Positions 35,725 through 48,464 of a DNA stretch of 64,000 bases are shown here, piece after piece. This DNA comes from Carpediemonas membranifera BICM. Lineage: Eukaryota > Protista > Fornicata. The notes beneath the pieces were generated by a model that was not told the origin of the DNA, searched no databases, and saw only the letters and a program-made list of their open reading frames with translations. Position numbers and translations under genes: made by a program. The stretch is from assembly GCA_019828565.1 (NCBI GenBank), contig JAHDYR010000015.1, positions 568,240 through 632,239 of the forward strand, written 5' to 3'. Every line of letters starts with the position of its first letter. Within the stretch, counting starts at the first letter, position 1.

Positions 35725-38700
35725 TCAGGCCACCCGGAGCAGCGTAGTCCCCACAAGACGGACGCAATCAACATGATCACTCACCTCGACGATCTCAGCG
35801 ATACGTCTGCCCTGCATATCGCAGCAGATGAAGCCCCTACTGCCGTCGAACGCCGCCTTAACCGGGTGCTCCTGTGTCATCTTCATCGTCGTGCTCTGGA
35901 AGTCCGCGCTGACCGGCGTCAGCGTCCCCGAACTGCGGCTCTCACTCGGCGTATCTAGCGAATCTGCCTCCAATCTCGGGAGAGTTGATTCGATCTTCTC
36001 AAACTCCATATCGGCACCCACCAGGATGTGCTCAGAGAGATCGAACTCGCCAGGGCCCATGATAACCGCAACGACCTCCGTGACGATCTCAGCGCCGGGC
36101 ATGACGCCCTCGAAACTGAGGTCAGTCGCCCCCGCGAACATCAGCTGGGCCATGGGGTTCGAGACGACCTCGCCCTTTCCCTCCATGACGGTCTGGGGCG
36201 GCCTGTCGTCCGTGGCGCTCACGTTGATCGTCATCTGCACGGCGCTGACGTTGCGGGCCATGATCCTGACCGGGACGACCCTGGGGAAGGGGAGCCCGTC
36301 ACCCTCGGTGTCCACCGACAGCGAGGCCACCAGAGGGATGCTCTCTGCCATAAAGTGCTTGCTGGGCCGCCACCCGGTGCTGGTGAAGGTCTCAGCAGCC
36401 CTGGGGAGGGACCCCGTCTCGGTGGTATCCGACACAATGTCGACAATAGGGGTCAGCCCGAAGAACGAGACGCCCTCGCCCACGGCGGTCCACGCGATCG
36501 CCACGTCCGCTGCCAACCCGGCCCTATTGGTGGTGATGGCGCTGTGCCGTCTGCGATGCCGCTCGAATGGGGTCTCCGCATTGCTGCCGTCCTTCTCCTT
36601 CGAGTCGATGTACGCGGGCGGGGCCTCAGAAACCACGCGGACGGCGGTATTGATGGCTGCCTGCGTCTCGCTGAGCTGGTTCCTGTTGCGATCGAGTCTC
36701 GCGTACTGGAGGAACGCCCCGACCGTGTCCGCTGAGAGGGGGTACTGCGGTTCAATATGCTGGACGACGGCGCCGCGGACACCGCCGTCGCTCATGCTCA
36801 GCTCGAGCGACAGCACCGCGTTAGAATTGGACATGATCTCAGCGCCTTCGACGGTCGATGCGGGCTCCCAGTGGCCTGAAGAGGCGACCATCCCGACCGT
36901 CTGGATCGTCAGCGGCGTCTTGTTGTCCAATGTGCAATGGGCGACGAGGGCCGCGCTCCCGGCAGTCGGGAGGACCTCCGTCTGGATAGCTGGATGTGCC
37001 ATCAGCTCGACCGTAGCTGTGCACACCCGGCCGCACGACTCAACGGCGAAGTCGATCTTGAGCTTGGTGTTGCCCTGGTCGACGGGAGGCACCAAGAGTG
37101 TGAAGGGCACCAGCGTCTTCGCCCCGGCAGGAACAGGGGGGATAGTGATGGTCGCCTCCGCCATGTGGGCCGGCTTGGGCTCGATAAAGAGGTTCTGTCC
37201 GTTCAGGAAGGCGGCGTCGGCCACGGTAGGAGGATAGGGGGCGGTCGCCGGGTCGAGCGGCGTCTCGTGCTGGCCGAAGTGGAGGAAGGCTCTGTGTGAC
37301 GTCGCGATCGTCACAGGGGCATCCGGGGCGGCGCTCTCGTCGTTACTAGACCCGATGCCGGCCGGTCCCCGGATTACAGTGAACTCGCCCTGGACAAGCA
37401 TGCCGCTGTACGCGTTCCTCTGGGAGAGGTCGAGGCTGACGTAGTTGTGGACGACCGCGGCGCTGGCGGGGGTCAGGCCGGTGACCTTGGCGTCGATCCG
37501 GGGGACGTAGGGCATGACGTTGAGACTGAGCTGCGGGTTGGGGTGCTTAGCCTGCACCTTGGCTGACCGGGAGACGGTCATCAGCGGTAGAGAGAAGTCC
37601 TCTGCACACTTCATGGCCAGGTTGACGATGCTGAAGTCGAGCCCGACGACGGCGACCGTGGCCCGGACCCAGCTGGGGTCGACCAGCAGTCCCAGTCGGC
37701 CTCTGAACGATGTGCGGGGCGCGAGCTCGACGGCCTTGCTGCCCTTATTCTGGACCCACGCCACAGGCACCGTGAGGGGCGTCGCGGTACCGTCGACAGT
37801 GAGTGTGAGGCGGACGGCGACCTCGGCTACGTCCAGGCGGAGTCTGTAGGGGTTGGCCCACTGCACGTGGAGCACGGCGACGTCGCCGGCAAACGCCTCA
37901 GCAGGAGCCCACCGGTCCCTTGCCGCTGACAGGGCGGGGCACAGCTGCCGGGCGAGGGCTGGTGCGGCCGTTGTCCAGTTGTGCGCGGTGTTCCACGCCT
38001 CGCCGCTCAGGGGCAGCAGGGGCGTCGGCATGCGGTCGCACAGCCTGCCGCACGCCACGAGCCGGGCGGCGGGGTTGGTGAGTCGGATCGGTGTGGGACT
38101 GCGGCCGTCACCGCGTTGACGGGCGAGGGCCTCGAGGACCTGCTTCTGCTGGGCTTCGTCTCCAGCCGCGAGGGCGGCGAGGTCGGCCACGTGGGCATCC
38201 GTGCTGATGCCGAGTGTGGCCGCGGACTGCCACAGCGCCCAGGAGTGGGCCAGCCGCAGCTCCTTCCACTGGGGTGCTGCCCTCAGTGCCGTGAAGAGGA
38301 CGCGGTAGGAGTGCGCCGCGGACCCCATCTGGTTGTAGCGGTGGGACGCCATGTACAGATGCAGCGCGGCCTTGCGGAGGCGGCGGGCCTGTAGGTGGAA
38401 CGTCCCAGCTAGCTCCAGCAGGGGGGCGGCCACCGCGGGCAGGGGCTGGCCGAAGGACGTCGCGGCTGTTGCGGCAGAGTTGGCGGCCTCGTGCGAGGGG
38501 GCGACGGCGGTCGAGTAGCAGGCGGCGAGCACCACCAACGCCCGCACGCGACACAGCTTCCCCGGTGACGTGAGGGTTCCGGACTTGGGGGCGGTCGTGA
38601 GGTACAGATCGGCGGCCTCGTGCAGCAGGGGGATTGCCTGGGACCACTGGCCGGCGAGCACGTGGGTCCAGGCAGTCCGCTCGACGGCCGCGGGGACGAC

Positions 38701-39925
38701 GATATCCTCGTCGGTGCGGGTCTTCTTGCTCCGTATGGCGGCGTACAACTCTCGGGCGGGGTCGTAGAAGCCGAGGCAGGCGTACATATCCGCGAGCAGC
38801 TTCCGGCCATACTCTGCTGGCGGGATGTTATGGGCCCCCGACCCCTGTGGAATGGAGGCCGCCCCGTCTGTCTTGGGCGATCGTAGGCCTCGGGACAGGG
38901 ACTTGAGCGTCATCCTGAGCGGCTGGAGAGAGTTCACGGCCGTGTGGAGCAGGGGGATCTGGTTGCACATCGATCGGACGACGATGTGCTCAGCTATCTT
39001 CCGCACGGCGTCCCTGATGCCCGCAGTGGTCTCCTCGGCGGGAAGCTTGTCCTCGTGCTGGGCTACACTGAGCGCGGCGGCGTAGTCCGCGCTGTCTCTG
39101 AAGGCGAGGGCCCTATAGCGGGTCACAGCGTCGGTGTAGGGCGCCACGGCCGCGGTGTTGGTCGGGCTGCTCTCGAGCGTCGCCCCGTACACGCTGGATG
39201 GCCCTAGCTGCTGTTTAAGGCGAGTCAGTACGGCGTCAAAGCCGTCGTCCTCGCCGTCGTGCAGGACGAGGTACCCCACGCCCATTGTCCCGTCCATGTG
39301 CTTCCCCCACGGATACGTCGGCTTCTTATGCAGGTACATCCCCCGCATGGTCTTGGCGGGGTCCGGGTCCGAGCTAAGGCAGCAGCACAGCGCCGCCATG
39401 GGGTAGTCCGTAGTGTCGGCGGCCCCGGAGTGGGTCGCCCGGATGATCTCGTTGGCAAAGCACGAGAGCGTCCCGTTCTTCTGGAAAGAGGCCGACGTGG
39501 CATCTGCGGCGTCGGCCTTCGTGCGAATGGTGCGGAGCTGGTCGACGTCGTCCGGCTCGTGCTCGCTAACAATCGTGCTGATGTAGCTATGTACCTCCTC
39601 GATCTTCAGAGGGCCGATCTGGTCAATGCGGACGAATTTGATGCGTAGCGACGAGATGGTCGTCTTTTCTCTGTCAACGCGGATCAACACGGGGTCTATA
39701 GGGACTAGGTGAGCGGAGAAGGCGTGGTATGCGGGACATACTATTCAAATCAGTAAAACTATCGGCGCAACGCAACAATCCCACCACATCTGTGCTATAG
39801 CGCTCACGGACAGCTGCTTCGGCCGCCTCGGTGGCAAAAACGACAACAGTTGGAGCGAACTGTGATGATATTGCATCGTTGATCACAGCATGGAATGGTG
39901 TCATCAACCGTCGTTGCTCACTCAT
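35725..39925 (-). CDS. TRAPPC8: TRAPPC8/Trs85-like TRAPP III subunit; 46-bp intron at 39696-39741
   Basis: FAPTVVV N-terminus, RKLLADMY...Y, RRLRKAALH...ASHRY TPR-like region, NP Ig-like C-half; GTATGT...CTCAC...TAG intron joins the exons in frame. Confidence 0.72.
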
Positions 39926-39999
39926 GCTTCGTTCGTTCTGACGGTGCATTTTATGCTCTGTATTTAGAGGTTTATGTGGAGGATTCATGTAAAGGTGAC

Positions 40000-40420
40000 T
40001 TAAGCTGTCGACCCCCCTGGGATGAACTCCAGAGGACTGAACAGGTTCAGTCTGACGGCCCACCTGTCGTACACCAGAAGGGTAGCGGACATGAGGGCGT
40101 CGGCGATGGTAAGAGCGACGGTTCTGGGCGGGATCTTGGCTCTCGCTCCAGCAGAAACTAGGAATGCGGCAGCTTTGGACGCGCACATTGGGATGTTGGA
40201 GCCATCCGGCCGCGGATTGATCGCAGTTGGTTTGACGCGGTAGTGCTTGTACTGTTCCTCCTTGAACTTGACTTCCTTGTCCACCGGCATGGTGCTACCA
40301 ACCGTGACATCGATCACCAGTGGGTATCCGCCTTTCGGGTCCAGGACGAATAGGTCCGCTGTTCTCCGGGTGAGACTTTAGACTCAACAATTCTCACACT
40401 ACCTCCACTCACCCACTTCA
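40000..40420 (-). pseudogene. Restriction-like (PD-D/ExK) endonuclease remnant of RLE non-LTR retroelement type
   Basis: RTADLFV...LVIDVTVG...K...Y pattern; frameshifted upstream. Confidence 0.45.
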
Positions 40421-40623
40421 GCCCTCGTCTGTACCATCGGGCTTTCGTGCTTTCAGTCGTCGGTCTGCACGAAAAGATGCGTCGTCCATCGTCTGTGCCG
40501 AACGCTGCTGTCTTCTTTCGCGTCTGTGCTCGTCTGTTACGCGCTCATCTGTCGTCCATTGCCGGCGTCTGAAGCTCATGTCGTCGTCGTCTTCGTCATC
40601 TTAGTCTGTTGTGAGAGACACTA

Positions 40624-42958
40624 GTGGTGGAAAGCGGTTGTAGCTGGTAGTAAAGACGCTTTGTGTTGTATGATGCTGGTTTCTTGTGTTTTGAGGTATG
40701 CTGCTAGCTGATGAACCCTGAAAAGAAATGATCGGTGCAGGCAGCTCAATATACTCCGATGCCTTCCAAGATATACACGGTGAAGGCTTCCGTTAACAAG
40801 GCCATTGGCGAGATTAACGGCGGAGGCGATAACAACGCGCCGCGGCGAGGAAGAGGAAATCTTGAACCCAGCATGCGTTCTTTCACGCAGGCTAAGTACA
40901 CATTCACTTGCCTGCTTGCGTGCGTCTCTGCATCTGCGCACGTGTTGACCCCACCGAGGACGGTCAACCTGTTCGACCAGGAGGTCCTCAAGGAGATCGT
41001 CAGCATTGCTCAGCAAAAGGTGTCGAAGGCAAAGGCAGCGGATCGGTGCAGGTGGATTGGCGACCTGGCGATGTGGAGGGACCCTGACATAACCCCACTC
41101 GTCCAGGACTTCGTCACGGCTTATAGCTACCTTGGCTTGTGCAAGCCATTTGACACCTGGTTGGGCGAGTACTCCACAGCCACCCGGGTACCTGACCCGT
41201 CTTCGTGCTGGATTAGAACGGGTGCGTCCGCTCCTCCATGATCGGCCGGGTGTTCGACAGGATTTTCTCGACACCCTAGGCGAGCTCGACACTGAGGTTG
41301 CCACCATAGCCGCCGATCATGGCATGCATCATCGTCAAATGCATGCATCTCCCGAGGGGCAACGGGTGGGTCGCACTGGTACCGTGGCCGAGGCCCTCGT
41401 CGGCGTGCTGTCGTGTGTCACGCGCATGAGTGCTGCAGTGACCAAGCTGGTCACACTCACTCGTGCCGTGAACCTCGAGCTCAGTCAGGCCCTGCCAGAG
41501 CCGAAGCTCGTCCCGTTCGTGCCGATGGCACCGGTCAGGCCTGGGTTCATGACCATCGAGCGCGGAGTAACAGCGCTCACCCCAGCGATGAAGAGGCGCC
41601 TCCGTGTGCACGTGAATTGGTCAGCAACCAAGAACTTGACCGACGAGCAGGTTGATAGATACGAGCGTGATCACGGCGACATCACCAAGCTCCGCAGAGT
41701 GCTCTCTGTGAGGACTGACGGGGTCTCTGTTGCTGTGACGGTTTGGGTGGGTCGCGAGAAATACAGTGGCGGTCGGGTGGCTGACCGGCCCACGTACAAA
41801 AAGGGTAGCAGCAACAAGCGGGCTCGGCTCGGTCAGGATGACGCCGAGGCTACTCCTGCCCCGGACATTCAAGCTCTCATGGGCTTCGACCCTGGTGCTC
41901 GGTCGCTGGACGGCTACACGATCTGCCGCCCAGACGGGCAGAGTGTATCTGGCGTACTCGCTAAGTGTGGCTACACTGCCACCCCCTCTTTCCGCGTGAA
42001 TATGAGCGCAGCATCGTTCAAAACGACAAGTCTAGAGGCTCTCAAACAGTCGATTAGGTTTGTCCATGAGAACATCGTTCAGATCATCAACGAGGGGACG
42101 AGAAAGTGTTTCCGCCGGGCGACTTTTGCCAATCACTGTCTGCGCCAGAAGCACTTCGCCCGGGCTGGACGTCAACTCCTGGATGATCTCGGCGGGCGCC
42201 CCCCGGAGCCCATTCACCTCGAAGTCGCGTATGGGGCTGCACTGTTCGGTTCCGCCGGCACTCCCTCCTGTGCTCCGTACCGCCACTTTGCTCGAGCTCT
42301 CCCTGGCATCATGCTCCGGCACAACGTCGTCGTGAGTGTCACGATGGTCTCGGAATTCCGCACTTCCATCGTGTGCCCATACTGCAAAGCACACTTCAGA
42401 CGTGTGGTGTACACACACCGCACCATGCTCTGCCAGAATCCCGCGTGCGAGGGAGCTCCATGGCGCGTTGAACGGCTTCGTCGGCATCCCGAGCAGAGAG
42501 ACACACTTCTCAATCTCTCACACCGAGATAAGAGCGCCAGCGAGAACATCCTTTGGTGCACCTACGATGCAACTTCAGATCAGATAGAGCAATCTCCTTT
42601 CCACTACGACTCCCAGAGAGGTGCTCTTCCTCGCTATCATTAACTTGCTAAGTTGAGCAAGCACGCGCTGCAGCGCGCGTGATATGCTGCGCACGATTGA
42701 TAGAGTATGATGAACCACACTGCGATCCTGATGCTGCTTGGATCACTGTGTGTTTTGGACTCAGCAATTCTAATCCTGCGCGGCACATCGACATGTCGCC
42801 CACAGACTGCGCCAACCGCCCCATGCACCGTCACAGGGCATCGAGACATACATCATGGGCCAAGAGTTCCTCCAACCACCCGATCCCCGTCTGGCCCAAG
42901 CAGGAAGAGATGCCGTGGACCCTTGCCTGAAGCACATGACCAAGCTGGTCTGCACCAC
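40624..42958 (+). mobile_element. Putative non-autonomous Fanzor element
   Basis: TAGTGGTG (40622-40629) and CACCACTA (42953-42960) form an inverted pair around the Fanzor ORF; possibly a TA TSD plus short TIR. Confidence 0.35.
40759..42643 (+). CDS. Fanzor1 (eukaryotic TnpB-like RNA-guided nuclease); frameshift or intron near 41130-41240
   Basis: YTVKAS N-terminus, SVRTDGVSV, GFDPG (RuvC-I), AYGAA.F, SEFRTS-CPYC (RuvC-II and Zn), CQNPAC, HRDKSASENI (RuvC-III). Confidence 0.88.
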
Positions 42959-42998
42959 TAAACCGTCAAGCGTCAGCCTTGACACTGACGTTTGACGG
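42644..42998 (+). ncRNA. Candidate Fanzor omegaRNA region
   Basis: Expected position 3' of the ORF; palindrome at 42664-42677 and 14-bp hairpin at 42963-42998. Confidence 0.35.
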
Positions 42999-43038
42999 AA
43001 GCAGACCGACCAGCTGGCAGTTTAAGGAAAGCGACGCA

Positions 43039-44716
43039 GATGCAGAACGGCCGAACGGAGCGGAAGCTGTTCCTAATAGTCTCACTTCTTTGTCTGTTTG
43101 GGTGCATTAGCGCGGTCCACATCCCACAGACGAGGAATTGCGACTTCGGGATCCTAGATGGGATGTTCACGTACCGTTACGTGCTCATCATGGACAATGA
43201 GACGGCGATTAATCAGTTTACCACTATAGAGTTCAATATTGAGGTTCTGTGGCCGAATACAGGCGAGTTCTGTATCGGGGACACGCTAACGAAGTCAGTC
43301 GTATACAACGGCGATGAATACGACTTCGCCGTCAAGTATGTCAAGTCCTACACTGAGAGCGGTGGATCCAGACTCTTCCAGTTTGAAGTTGCCGTATTTG
43401 ACGCCATCTGGCAGCCGACGGTGACCATCGACGTACCCTTCCAGTCGGCTCTCGAGCACTACAACATGCGTGTCGCCGTCAACCACTACAACGACCCCTC
43501 CGTGCCCCTCGACAGCTTCATCCTCTACCTCGACGGCCCGTCCCACCAGACGGTGCCCTTTGGCCACAAGAGCGCCCCGATCGCCGTGCACTCATCCCCC
43601 CCGGTCGATCTCAGCACGACAGGGCTCTCTGTATACGCAGTACTGCCCGAGGACACGAGCACGCTGGGCCAGCTGGAGACGTGCCCGGGCCTGGCGACTG
43701 GGACGGCCACGTACGAGCTCGTGGTTGGGTTGGAGCTGCACTACTGCTACCTCGTTATTTCATACAGGTCGCCTGCCCACCCAGTGCAGTTTTGCGTCCA
43801 CCGGAAGAAGATGGCGCCGTCGTCATCGGCGACAAAGGTTGTCCGCGGTCTCGACATCAACGTGAAGCTCGACAACGTCAACAAGGACGGCCAGACGACC
43901 CTGCAGCACCGATTCCTCTACAGCACGGCGAACTCGAACCCGCTTGACCTGTACGACGGCGACGCGCTGACGCTGCTGACGGGTCATCTGGTCGACTGTG
44001 CCGACCCACGGGACTGCCACCCCCAGTCAATCAAACTGGCGCCTGTGATCGACGGGACGGAGTACACGATGAAGTACGCCGTGATGGAGTACCACATCCC
44101 CACCGCGGATGACGGGCACGACGGGGCAGCGTTCACCGCGACCACGGCCCTGCAGGTTGGCTGTGTCGCCAAGCTCGTGTACAACGACCTGCACCTCCCG
44201 GGCGGTACCGAGCCCCGTTCCGACTGGGGCAACACCACGCTGACCGTGACGATCGAGCTGGTCGAGCTGGGCAGCCTCGTGATGAGTCTAACCGACCTCG
44301 TCATGCTCGCCGCGCTCATTGTCGTCATCGTCGGTGGGTGCTCTCTCTTTAACTGCACGTTCATCTCCAACGCGCTGCCACTTGTCCGGGCCTACAGCTG
44401 GACAAAGTCCAAGGCCCTCAAGCTGCTGGGGAAGAACCAGCAGACCGTCTTCCGGCCGTACCGCCTCGAGAACCGCGGCACGCTGGACCCGTTTGCCGAC
44501 GACGACTACGGTGTCGAGGGGGAGTCGATGCCCATGCTCTACCGGGAGGACCCCTACCCCGAGAGATACCTCGACAGCTTCGACGGGTTTGACGGGCAGG
44601 ACGACGCGTACCAGGATCTGGACGACAGCCTGGACCTCCGTCATAGCCCCATGTCGGGCAGCTACGACACCGGGTCTGGGTTCATGAGGGGGGCCGACCT
44701 GGCCAGCCTGATATGA
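43039..44716 (+). CDS. Hypothetical type I membrane protein
   Basis: Signal-like LFLIVSLLCLFGCISA, TM LVMLAALIVVIVGG, acidic Tyr-rich tail. Confidence 0.7.
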
Positions 44717-45120
44717 GCATAGACAACTACTGTTAAATAGACGGATCTGGCAGATATGGTGAATATCGTGTCGATCTCATTGTAGCCGACTGCGTCGGAG
44801 TCACGACGACCAACTACTAGCAGGCGATAAGAACGATCATGGGAGCTCAGCAGAGCGGTACAAACACTTTAAGCCCGGAATTTCATCCAGATTTCCGATT
44901 GAAGGATGAGGGGAGCACCACATACTCGGTGCCCAGCAATGGAACGGAGAAGAGATGCTAAGGCGCGTTTAGATGATATATCATAGAGATAAAGACTGTA
45001 TTATGGCGGATACGAGCCTAGTTGGAAACTATTTGATTGGTGTGGCGCCACCATAGACGACCATGTCAAGATGAGAAGGCCATGGCGATGAGACACCGAT
45101 GGTAGGTCATGTTTACTGGC

Positions 45121-46473
45121 TTAGTACTCGAACTCCTCCTCCTGCTCCTCCTCGGCAGTGTCGGCGCCGATCTCCTCGTAATCCTTCTCGAGGGCAGCGA
45201 TATCCTCACGGGCCTCAGAGAACTCACCCTCCTCCATACCCTCACCGACGTACCAGTGGACGAAGGCACGCTTGGCGTACATGAGGTCGAACTTGTGGTC
45301 CATGCGGGACCAGACCTCAGCGATAGCGGTGGTGTTGGAGATCATCAGGCAAGAGCGCTGGACCTTGGCGAGGTCACCACCGGGGACGACGGTGGGAGGC
45401 TGGTAGTTGATGCCAACCTTGAAGCCAGTGGGGCACCAGTCAACGAACTGGATTGTACGCTTGGTCTTGATGGTAGCGATGGAGGCGTTGACGTCCTTGG
45501 GGACGACATCACCGCGGTACATAAGACAGCAGGCCATGTACTTGCCGTGGCGGGGGTCGCACTTGACCATGGAGTTGCTGGGCTCGAAGACAGCGTTGGT
45601 GAGCTCGGCAACGGAGAGCTGCTCGTGGTAGGCCTTCTCAGCAGAGATGATGGGGCTGTAGGAGCAGAGGGGGAAGTGGATACGGGGGTAGGGGACAAGG
45701 TTGGTCTGGAACTCAGTGAGATCAACGTTGAGGGCACCGTCGAAACGGAGGGAGGCGGTGATCGAGGAGATGCACTGGGCGATCAGGCGGTTGAGGTTGG
45801 TGTAGGTGGGGCGATCGATGTCGAGGTTGCGGCGGCAGATGTCGTACATGGCCTCGTTGTCAACCATGAAGGCGCAGTCGGAGTGCTCGAGCATGGAGTG
45901 AGCGGCGAGGACGGTGTTGTAGGGCTCGACAACAGCGGTAGCGACCTGGGGGGAGGGGTAGACAGCGAATTCGAGCTTGGACTTCTTGCCGTAGTCGACA
46001 GAGAGGCGCTCGAGGAGGAGGGAGCCGAAACCAGAGCCAGTGCCACCACCGAAGGAGTGGAAGATCAGGAAGCCCTGGAGGCCAGTGCAGTTGTCAGCGA
46101 GCTTACGGATACGGTCGAGGACGAGGTCGACGAGCTCCTTGCCGATGGTGTAGTGGCCACGAGCGTAGTTGTTGGCAGCATCCTCCTTGCCGGAGATGAG
46201 CTGCTCGGGGTGGAACAGCTGGCGGTAGACGCCAGAGCGGACCTCATCGACAACGGTGGGCTCGAGATCGACGAAGACGGCGCGGGGGACGTGCTTGCCG
46301 GCACCAGTCTCAGAGAAGAAGGTGTTGAAGGCGTCGTCACCGCCACCGATGGTCTTGTCAGAGGGCATCTGGCCGTCGGGCTGGATGCCGTGCTCGAGGC
46401 AGTAGAGCTCCCAGCAGGAGTTACCGATCTGGACACCGGCCTGGCCGATGTGGATAGAGATACACTCGCGCAT
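45121..46473 (-). CDS. TUBA: Alpha-tubulin
   Basis: [21 protein letters not shown]40 in PSDKTIGG, C-terminal EEFEY. Confidence 0.99.
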   Translation of the reverse strand: MRECISIHIGQAGVQIGNSCWELYCLEHGIQPDGQMPSDKTIGGGDDAFNTFFSETGAGKHVPRAVFVDLEPTVVDEVRSGVYRQLFHPEQLISGKEDAANNYARGHYTIGKELVDLVLDRIRKLADNCTGLQGFLIFHSFGGGTGSGFGSLLLERLSVDYGKKSKLEFAVYPSPQVATAVVEPYNTVLAAHSMLEHSDCAFMVDNEAMYDICRRNLDIDRPTYTNLNRLIAQCISSITASLRFDGALNVDLTEFQTNLVPYPRIHFPLCSYSPIISAEKAYHEQLSVAELTNAVFEPSNSMVKCDPRHGKYMACCLMYRGDVVPKDVNASIATIKTKRTIQFVDWCPTGFKVGINYQPPTVVPGGDLAKVQRSCLMISNTTAIAEVWSRMDHKFDLMYAKRAFVHWYVGEGMEEGEFSEAREDIAALEKDYEEIGADTAEEEQEEEFEY

Positions 46474-46967
46474 GATTACCGTGTGAGGGAGAGAGAGTTG
46501 GCTGTAGGCATGCGGCGGGAAGTAGCAGCTGCAGAGAGGTGTTTCAACGAAATCAAACGCTGAGTTTTTGCGCGCAGATTTTTGCACGAAAATCTCCGGC
46601 GATTTGCTCCAATCACGAAGTGAATGGAGGATTACGCTTCAGCAACTTTGTTTCCATGCTTTTTGCCCAGTAAATGCCAAGAATACGAACAATATGCTTG
46701 AACTTGTGGAAGTGCTTGGCGCTCGACACAGACGTGTCGGCGAGTCGAAAGGAGTCGAGAACCTGCGGCAAAAATTACCAAAAATGCTCAATTCAAAGCA
46801 GTGATAATGGACACCAACTTGAAGGGAGAGAAACCGGCTTGCGGTAGCAGCTTCAACGAGGGTGGCTTCGTTTCTCAACGGTTACGGTTCAGTGTCGACC
46901 TCGCGGGGCATCCGGGGAGGGTCGTTTACTGGAGTGTCGCGTGGAGAGAGTATGTACATAAACCGCG

Positions 46968-48239
46968 TCACCTGATGGTCGACCCAAACAACACCCCGCC
47001 CCGCCCCGAGCCTCGGCCCTTAGCCTGCGCACTAGGACGCCGGTTCAGGATCATCTGCAGCCGGCTAACCTCGTCCTCTGCCGCTCGAGCCCGACGCTTG
47101 AGGGTGACGTGCTCGGCGAACTGCGTGGTGCCCGACACCCTGCGGACGTCGCTCTCAGCCCGCCTGAGGTCAGACCTCGCCTGGTCCAGCTCCGCCCTGA
47201 GTCGCGTGGCGACGTCCCTCTCTGCCGCCAGGGCCTCCTTGAGGGTCCGGAGATCGTCGTCTGTCGCCACCAGCCGGGCTCTCAGCGTCCCAGTCGTCCG
47301 CTCCATGCCGGCCACCTGCCGCTCCAGCTCCTTGACGTCCTCAGCCATGCGGGCCTCGCGCTCCTTGCTGGATTCCATCTCGGCCTTCATCCGCTGTGAT
47401 GAGAGGTGCGCGAGGACGCCGCTCTCGGTCCGCGGGACACCAGTGCTGCCCCGCACTAGCGTCTGCCGGTCCGTGTGCCTCTGCAGCTGCCGCATGGCGT
47501 CATCCCGCTCGCTCTGGAGCACCGAGACCCGCTCCCTGAAGGCCTCGACGTCGTCCTGGGCCTCCTGCAGCTGTGTGTGGAGGATTGAGTACTCGTCGTC
47601 GATCGTAGTGTGATCCGCCTGTATCTTCTGCAGATCAGATACGGTCTGCTGCAGCTCCTCGACCTTGGCCCGCTCCTGTGCGAGCTTGGCGCCGACGTCC
47701 TCTTCGGACTCAAGCTGCTCCTGAAACTGCTGCCGTAGTGTCGCCAGCTCCGCCTGTAACTGCCTCTCGGTGCACTGCAGCGACTTGTACTGGTTCGTCA
47801 CCTCCGCCAGCTGGGTCTCGAGTACGATCTTTTCCTGCCGTGCCCGCTGCTCCACCTGGCCCATTTTGGAGCGGTACACTGAGACGACACTCTCCTTAGC
47901 CTGCTCGATGGCGAGGGCCCGGCCGCTCTCCAGGCCCTGCAGGTGCATGCGGGTGTCGTGCAGACGGCGGGACATCTCCTTGTTGATCTTCGTCGCCTCC
48001 TCGAGTTGCTTGTGGAGGGCATCGTTCTCTTCTATCAGGCGTTTCCGGTCCTCTACGTTCTGTGCATGTTGTCTTGGCGTCGTCCCACCCTCTAGAGAGG
48101 CGCGAAGGGTCCTATTCTCAGCAAGGAGCATCCTGTTGTCCTCCTGGGATTGCGCCAGAAGCTCTAAGGTTGTAAGATTAGCGTCATTTAGCTTGTGATG
48201 CCGTTTGAGAGCTGCTAGTTGTGAATCTCGGGCATTCAT
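46968..48239 (-). CDS. Hypothetical coiled-coil protein
   Basis: Long E/Q/R/L heptad-rich ORF. Confidence 0.7.
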   Translation of the reverse strand: MNARDSQLAALKRHHKLNDANLTTLELLAQSQEDNRMLLAENRTLRASLEGGTTPRQHAQNVEDRKRLIEENDALHKQLEEATKINKEMSRRLHDTRMHLQGLESGRALAIEQAKESVVSVYRSKMGQVEQRARQEKIVLETQLAEVTNQYKSLQCTERQLQAELATLRQQFQEQLESEEDVGAKLAQERAKVEELQQTVSDLQKIQADHTTIDDEYSILHTQLQEAQDDVEAFRERVSVLQSERDDAMRQLQRHTDRQTLVRGSTGVPRTESGVLAHLSSQRMKAEMESSKEREARMAEDVKELERQVAGMERTTGTLRARLVATDDDLRTLKEALAAERDVATRLRAELDQARSDLRRAESDVRRVSGTTQFAEHVTLKRRARAAEDEVSRLQMILNRRPSAQAKGRGSGRGGVLFGSTIR

Positions 48240-48464
48240 ATTGCAGCGTTGTTTGTCTTGAACGAAAGAAATTCTGGTGAGTCTGACCAGCCAACCGAGA
48301 CTAGGCAGACAGAGGGCCACGCCACACGGCCCACATCAGCCTACTGTCCATAAAAGGCGCATATGCATTGTAATCATTTCATGTCACATCGTTTTCACAC
48401 TCCCATCCCGCCCCCGCAGGGGCACTTCTTTTCGTTTTTATCAGATATTCTAAAACGCTGCTAT

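Noticed and set aside
40670-40730. CTGATGA...GAAA hammerhead-like core upstream of the Fanzor
   Set aside because: Stem II is essentially absent and the candidate cleavage triplet ends in G; not supportable.
45109-46563. 484-aa plus-strand ORF
   Set aside because: Antisense shadow of alpha-tubulin.
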